Source of the DNA: Minisyncoccota bacterium
GTDB lineage: Bacteria; Patescibacteriota; Minisyncoccia; Phycocordibacterales; WO2-35-19
Direction: 5' to 3'
DNA length: 56,792 nt
NCBI GenBank assembly: GCA_041664625.1
Contig: JBAYKK010000005.1
Span: forward strand, 1-56,792
Position numbers and translations under genes: made by a program. Below the pieces are notes generated by a model. That model saw only the letters and a program-made list of their open reading frames with translations, did no database searches and had not been told where the DNA came from. Of the stretch, positions 54,255-56,792 are shown in pieces (position 1 is the stretch's first letter; each line of letters starts with the position of its first letter).

Positions 54255-54722
54255 TCAGCTTACTCCTCTTGGCCCACGGAGATAGTTGATTTCCCACGCC
54301 TCTGTGTGCCATCGCCCGTCAGTGCGTATCGTAAACCGACGGGATGCTGTTCCTGCGTACTGCCCAGGTTGACATCCCGCACTCTTTCGGTCTGCTTCGC
54401 TGGGGGTCGGTGGGCAGATCCCTCGCGCTGTGATGACGATGTCCCGCCGGCCGAGAAAGTTATAGTAGCCCCGCGAAACCGTCACCCCCGAAGGAATGAT
54501 AGCGTTTACGAATTGGCCAGTGGTGGTTTTGAAAGCCACCACTTGTCCGTTTTCGTATACCTCGATCGGCACGGTAGTGTTATTGGTCAACACTACGGTC
54601 AAAATTGGAGGGGTGGCAATCGATGAAAGCCGACCCCAACCTGCCCCACCTCGAGCCGCGACACATCCAGTTAAAAACATGACCGAAAGTGCCAGAAATA
54701 AGATCGAAGTCTTGTTTTTCAT
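54255..54722 (-). CDS. GC-richer lipoprotein
   Basis: MKNKTSILFLALSVMFLTGC lipobox; SD AGGAG; promoter TTGACA-N17-TATAAT at 54745-54773. Confidence 0.85.
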   Translation of the reverse strand: MKNKTSILFLALSVMFLTGCVAARGGAGWGRLSSIATPPILTVVLTNNTTVPIEVYENGQVVAFKTTTGQFVNAIIPSGVTVSRGYYNFLGRRDIVITARGICPPTPSEADRKSAGCQPGQYAGTASRRFTIRTDGRWHTEAWEINYLRGPRGVS

Positions 54723-54789
54723 AAAACTCACACTCCTGTCCTGCATTATAGCAAAGTCAAAGCTAAATGTCAAGCGTTTTTGAATCACA

Positions 54790-54885
54790 AAAATAGTTCT
54801 GGAGCGTGCCTATGCGTAGGCAAACGTGCCGAGCATAGCAAATTTCAGCAGAAATTATGCGACGGCTAAGCGAGAGAACTATTTT
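54790..54885. repeat. 96-bp structured repeat, copy 2
   Basis: 94/96 identity to 15243-15338. Confidence 0.92.
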
Positions 54886-54920
54886 TGTGATGAAAAAAAA
54901 TTTGGTGATATAATAAAAGT

Positions 54921-56600
54921 ATGACTATAAAATTTGATGAAGATAAACAAAGACAAAAACTTGAAGAACTCAGAGCAAATGAAGAAGAAAGTTTGGCCCA
55001 AGCAATGTCAAATAAATACGGGATACCTTATATAGACCTCAGTGTTAACCCGGTAAACATCGATGCCTTACGAGTAATAAAAGAACCAGAAGCGAGAGAA
55101 GCTGAAGTCGCCTCTTTCAACATCATCAACAAAAAAGTCTCTCTAGCAATCATCTCTCCCAACAATCCAAAAACTACTACTCTGATTGAAGGGCTGAAGG
55201 ACCGAGGTTATATCCCCTCTTTGTTTTTGGCCTCTCATCAAAGCTTAGAGAAAATATGGAACCGCTACAAGGATTTATCATACTCAATGGAGACCAAAAG
55301 TGGAGCACTCGATATCGCCAACGAAGAAATCCAAGATTTAGTAAAGAGTGTCAAAACCGCTGCCGACATCAAAAAATCCATCGAGACTATTTTGGCTCAG
55401 AAAAAAAGTTATCGTATTTCTAAAATATTAGAAATAATTTTGGCTGGAGCTATTTCTATAGGAGCTTCCGATATTCACATCGAACCAGAAGACACATCGG
55501 TCAGATTGCGTTTCCGTTTAGATGGAGTTTTGAATGATATTTTAACTTTGGATTCGGCTACTTTTAATCTTTTGCTTTCTCGTATCAAACTAATTTCCAA
55601 TCTCAAGTTAAACCTTAGAGGTAAGGCTCAAGACGGGCGTTTCAGTATCAAACTAGGTGATAGCGAAATTGAAATCCGTACTTCCCTTTTGCCGGGTGGT
55701 TACGGTGAGTCTGTAGTATTACGAGTTTTGAACCCTAATGCTATTTCAGTTTCTTTGGAAGAGCTTGGTATAAATGAAAAACTATTACAAATAATATTAA
55801 AGGAGTTAAAAAAACCAAACGGTATGATTTTGAATACCGGTCCAACTGGCTCTGGTAAAACCACCACTCTTTACGCTTTCCTCAAAAAAATTCACACACC
55901 AGAAATAAAAATAATAACCATTGAAAACCCGATCGAATACCACTTGAAAGGTATCGTGCAAACTCAAGTAGAAGAAGAAAAAGGTTATACTTTTTTGGAA
56001 GGTTTGCGTAGTGCCTTGCGTCAAGACCCTGATGTCATAATGGTTGGTGAAATCCGCGATGAAGAAACCGCTGAGATTGCTATCAATTCGGCTTTGACTG
56101 GCCACTTAGTTTTTTCTACTCTGCACACCAACAATGCGGCCGGCACATTCCCCCGTCTGATTGACTTAGGTGTAAACTCCAAAGTCATAAGTTCAGCCAT
56201 CAACATCGCTATGGCCCAGAGACTTTTGCGAAGATTGTGCAATAAATGCAAAAAAATAATGACTCTGGAAGATAAAGAAAATAAATTGATAAAAGATGTT
56301 ACTGATAGTATTTCAGACAAAAAATATTTAGAAGGAATAGATTTAAAAAATGTTTACGAAGCGGTGGGTTGCGAAGCGTGCAACTTCACGGGCTACAAAG
56401 GCCGAACCGGTATTTATGAGGCTATATTAACTGACGAAAATGTTGAGATAATCGTCAAAGAAAATCCGAGTGAAAGAGAAATCAATAAGGCTTCAGAAAA
56501 TCAAGGTATTTTAAATATGAGACAAGATGGCATACTCAAAATATTGCAAGGTGTGACTTCCATCGACGAGCTCAGTCGTGTGATTGATTTGGAAGAATAG
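54921..56600 (+). CDS. pilB: PilB/GspE-type pilus assembly ATPase
   Basis: SDIHIEP, RFRLDG, AQDGRF, GPTGSGKTTT, ALRQDPDVIMVGEIRD, TGHLVFSTLHTN, C..C/C..C, GRTGIYE. Confidence 0.93.
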   Translation: MTIKFDEDKQRQKLEELRANEEESLAQAMSNKYGIPYIDLSVNPVNIDALRVIKEPEAREAEVASFNIINKKVSLAIISPNNPKTTTLIEGLKDRGYIPSLFLASHQSLEKIWNRYKDLSYSMETKSGALDIANEEIQDLVKSVKTAADIKKSIETILAQKKSYRISKILEIILAGAISIGASDIHIEPEDTSVRLRFRLDGVLNDILTLDSATFNLLLSRIKLISNLKLNLRGKAQDGRFSIKLGDSEIEIRTSLLPGGYGESVVLRVLNPNAISVSLEELGINEKLLQIILKELKKPNGMILNTGPTGSGKTTTLYAFLKKIHTPEIKIITIENPIEYHLKGIVQTQVEEEKGYTFLEGLRSALRQDPDVIMVGEIRDEETAEIAINSALTGHLVFSTLHTNNAAGTFPRLIDLGVNSKVISSAINIAMAQRLLRRLCNKCKKIMTLEDKENKLIKDVTDSISDKKYLEGIDLKNVYEAVGCEACNFTGYKGRTGIYEAILTDENVEIIVKENPSEREINKASENQGILNMRQDGILKILQGVTSIDELSRVIDLEE

Positions 56601-56792
56601 AGTTATACACAAAAAAAATTGCCCGAAATGGGGTTTTATGAATAATAGAATACAGAACAAACAGTAATTAGGGATACAAATCTCTAAGTGGCACTTTCAA
56701 TATTTAAATCAAAAGCAAAACATTATTCTGAGGAAAGAGCTAGTGGTCCCTCCCGAAAGATGGTACCGGCACTTCCTTGATTTAATGTCAAA

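Noticed and set aside
54300-54345. Possible second VR in the lipoprotein C-terminus (ACTGACGG shared with TR)
   Set aside because: The match is only about 8 nt, with no extended adenine-specific alignment.
56686-56792. GC-richer stretch at the window end resembling a structured RNA (GAGGAAAG...)
   Set aside because: It lacks the rest of the RNase P or riboswitch consensus, is truncated by the window edge, and could be the end of a gene from the next window.

Overview
A 56.8-kb AT-rich chromosomal segment that looks like a Candidate Phyla Radiation (Patescibacteria/Parcubacteria) genome. The lineage is inferred from compact housekeeping genes, a short MetG, alpha2-type GlyRS, a type IV pilus PilM/N/O set plus PilB, a peptidoglycan-binding surface protein and tRNA-Arg(GCG). 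Core genes include rplJL, ftsK, recA, efp, rpsF-ssb-rpsR, tatD, metG, glyQS, recO, ileS, ruvX, ruvA, murE, mutM, polA, tsaE and five tRNAs. The main accessory system is a diversity-generating retroelement (RT, TR, and a VR at the 3' end of a 209-aa target gene). Of 22 TR/VR mismatches over 116 bp, 21 fall at TR adenines. Its avd-like gene is encoded antisense between TR and RT, back-to-back with the RT start codon, and carries an in-frame stop next to two 12-nt homopolymers. Other highlights: (i) a tRNA-Ser-linked restriction-modification island whose GHKL ATPase carries a candidate HEPN (RxxxxH) RNase domain; (ii) an orphan PemK/MazF toxin facing a small two-hairpin RNA with its own promoter; (iii) several families of short palindromic repeats, some inserted in-frame into housekeeping proteins (RplL, TatD, RecO, RluA, TsaE, a tRNA-binding protein), plus a RAYT-like HUH transposase; (iv) a histidine-phosphatase domain inside IleRS; (v) degenerate tRNA-like repeats flanking a small exported-protein gene. 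All calls come from reading motifs and aligning by eye. No database search was run.
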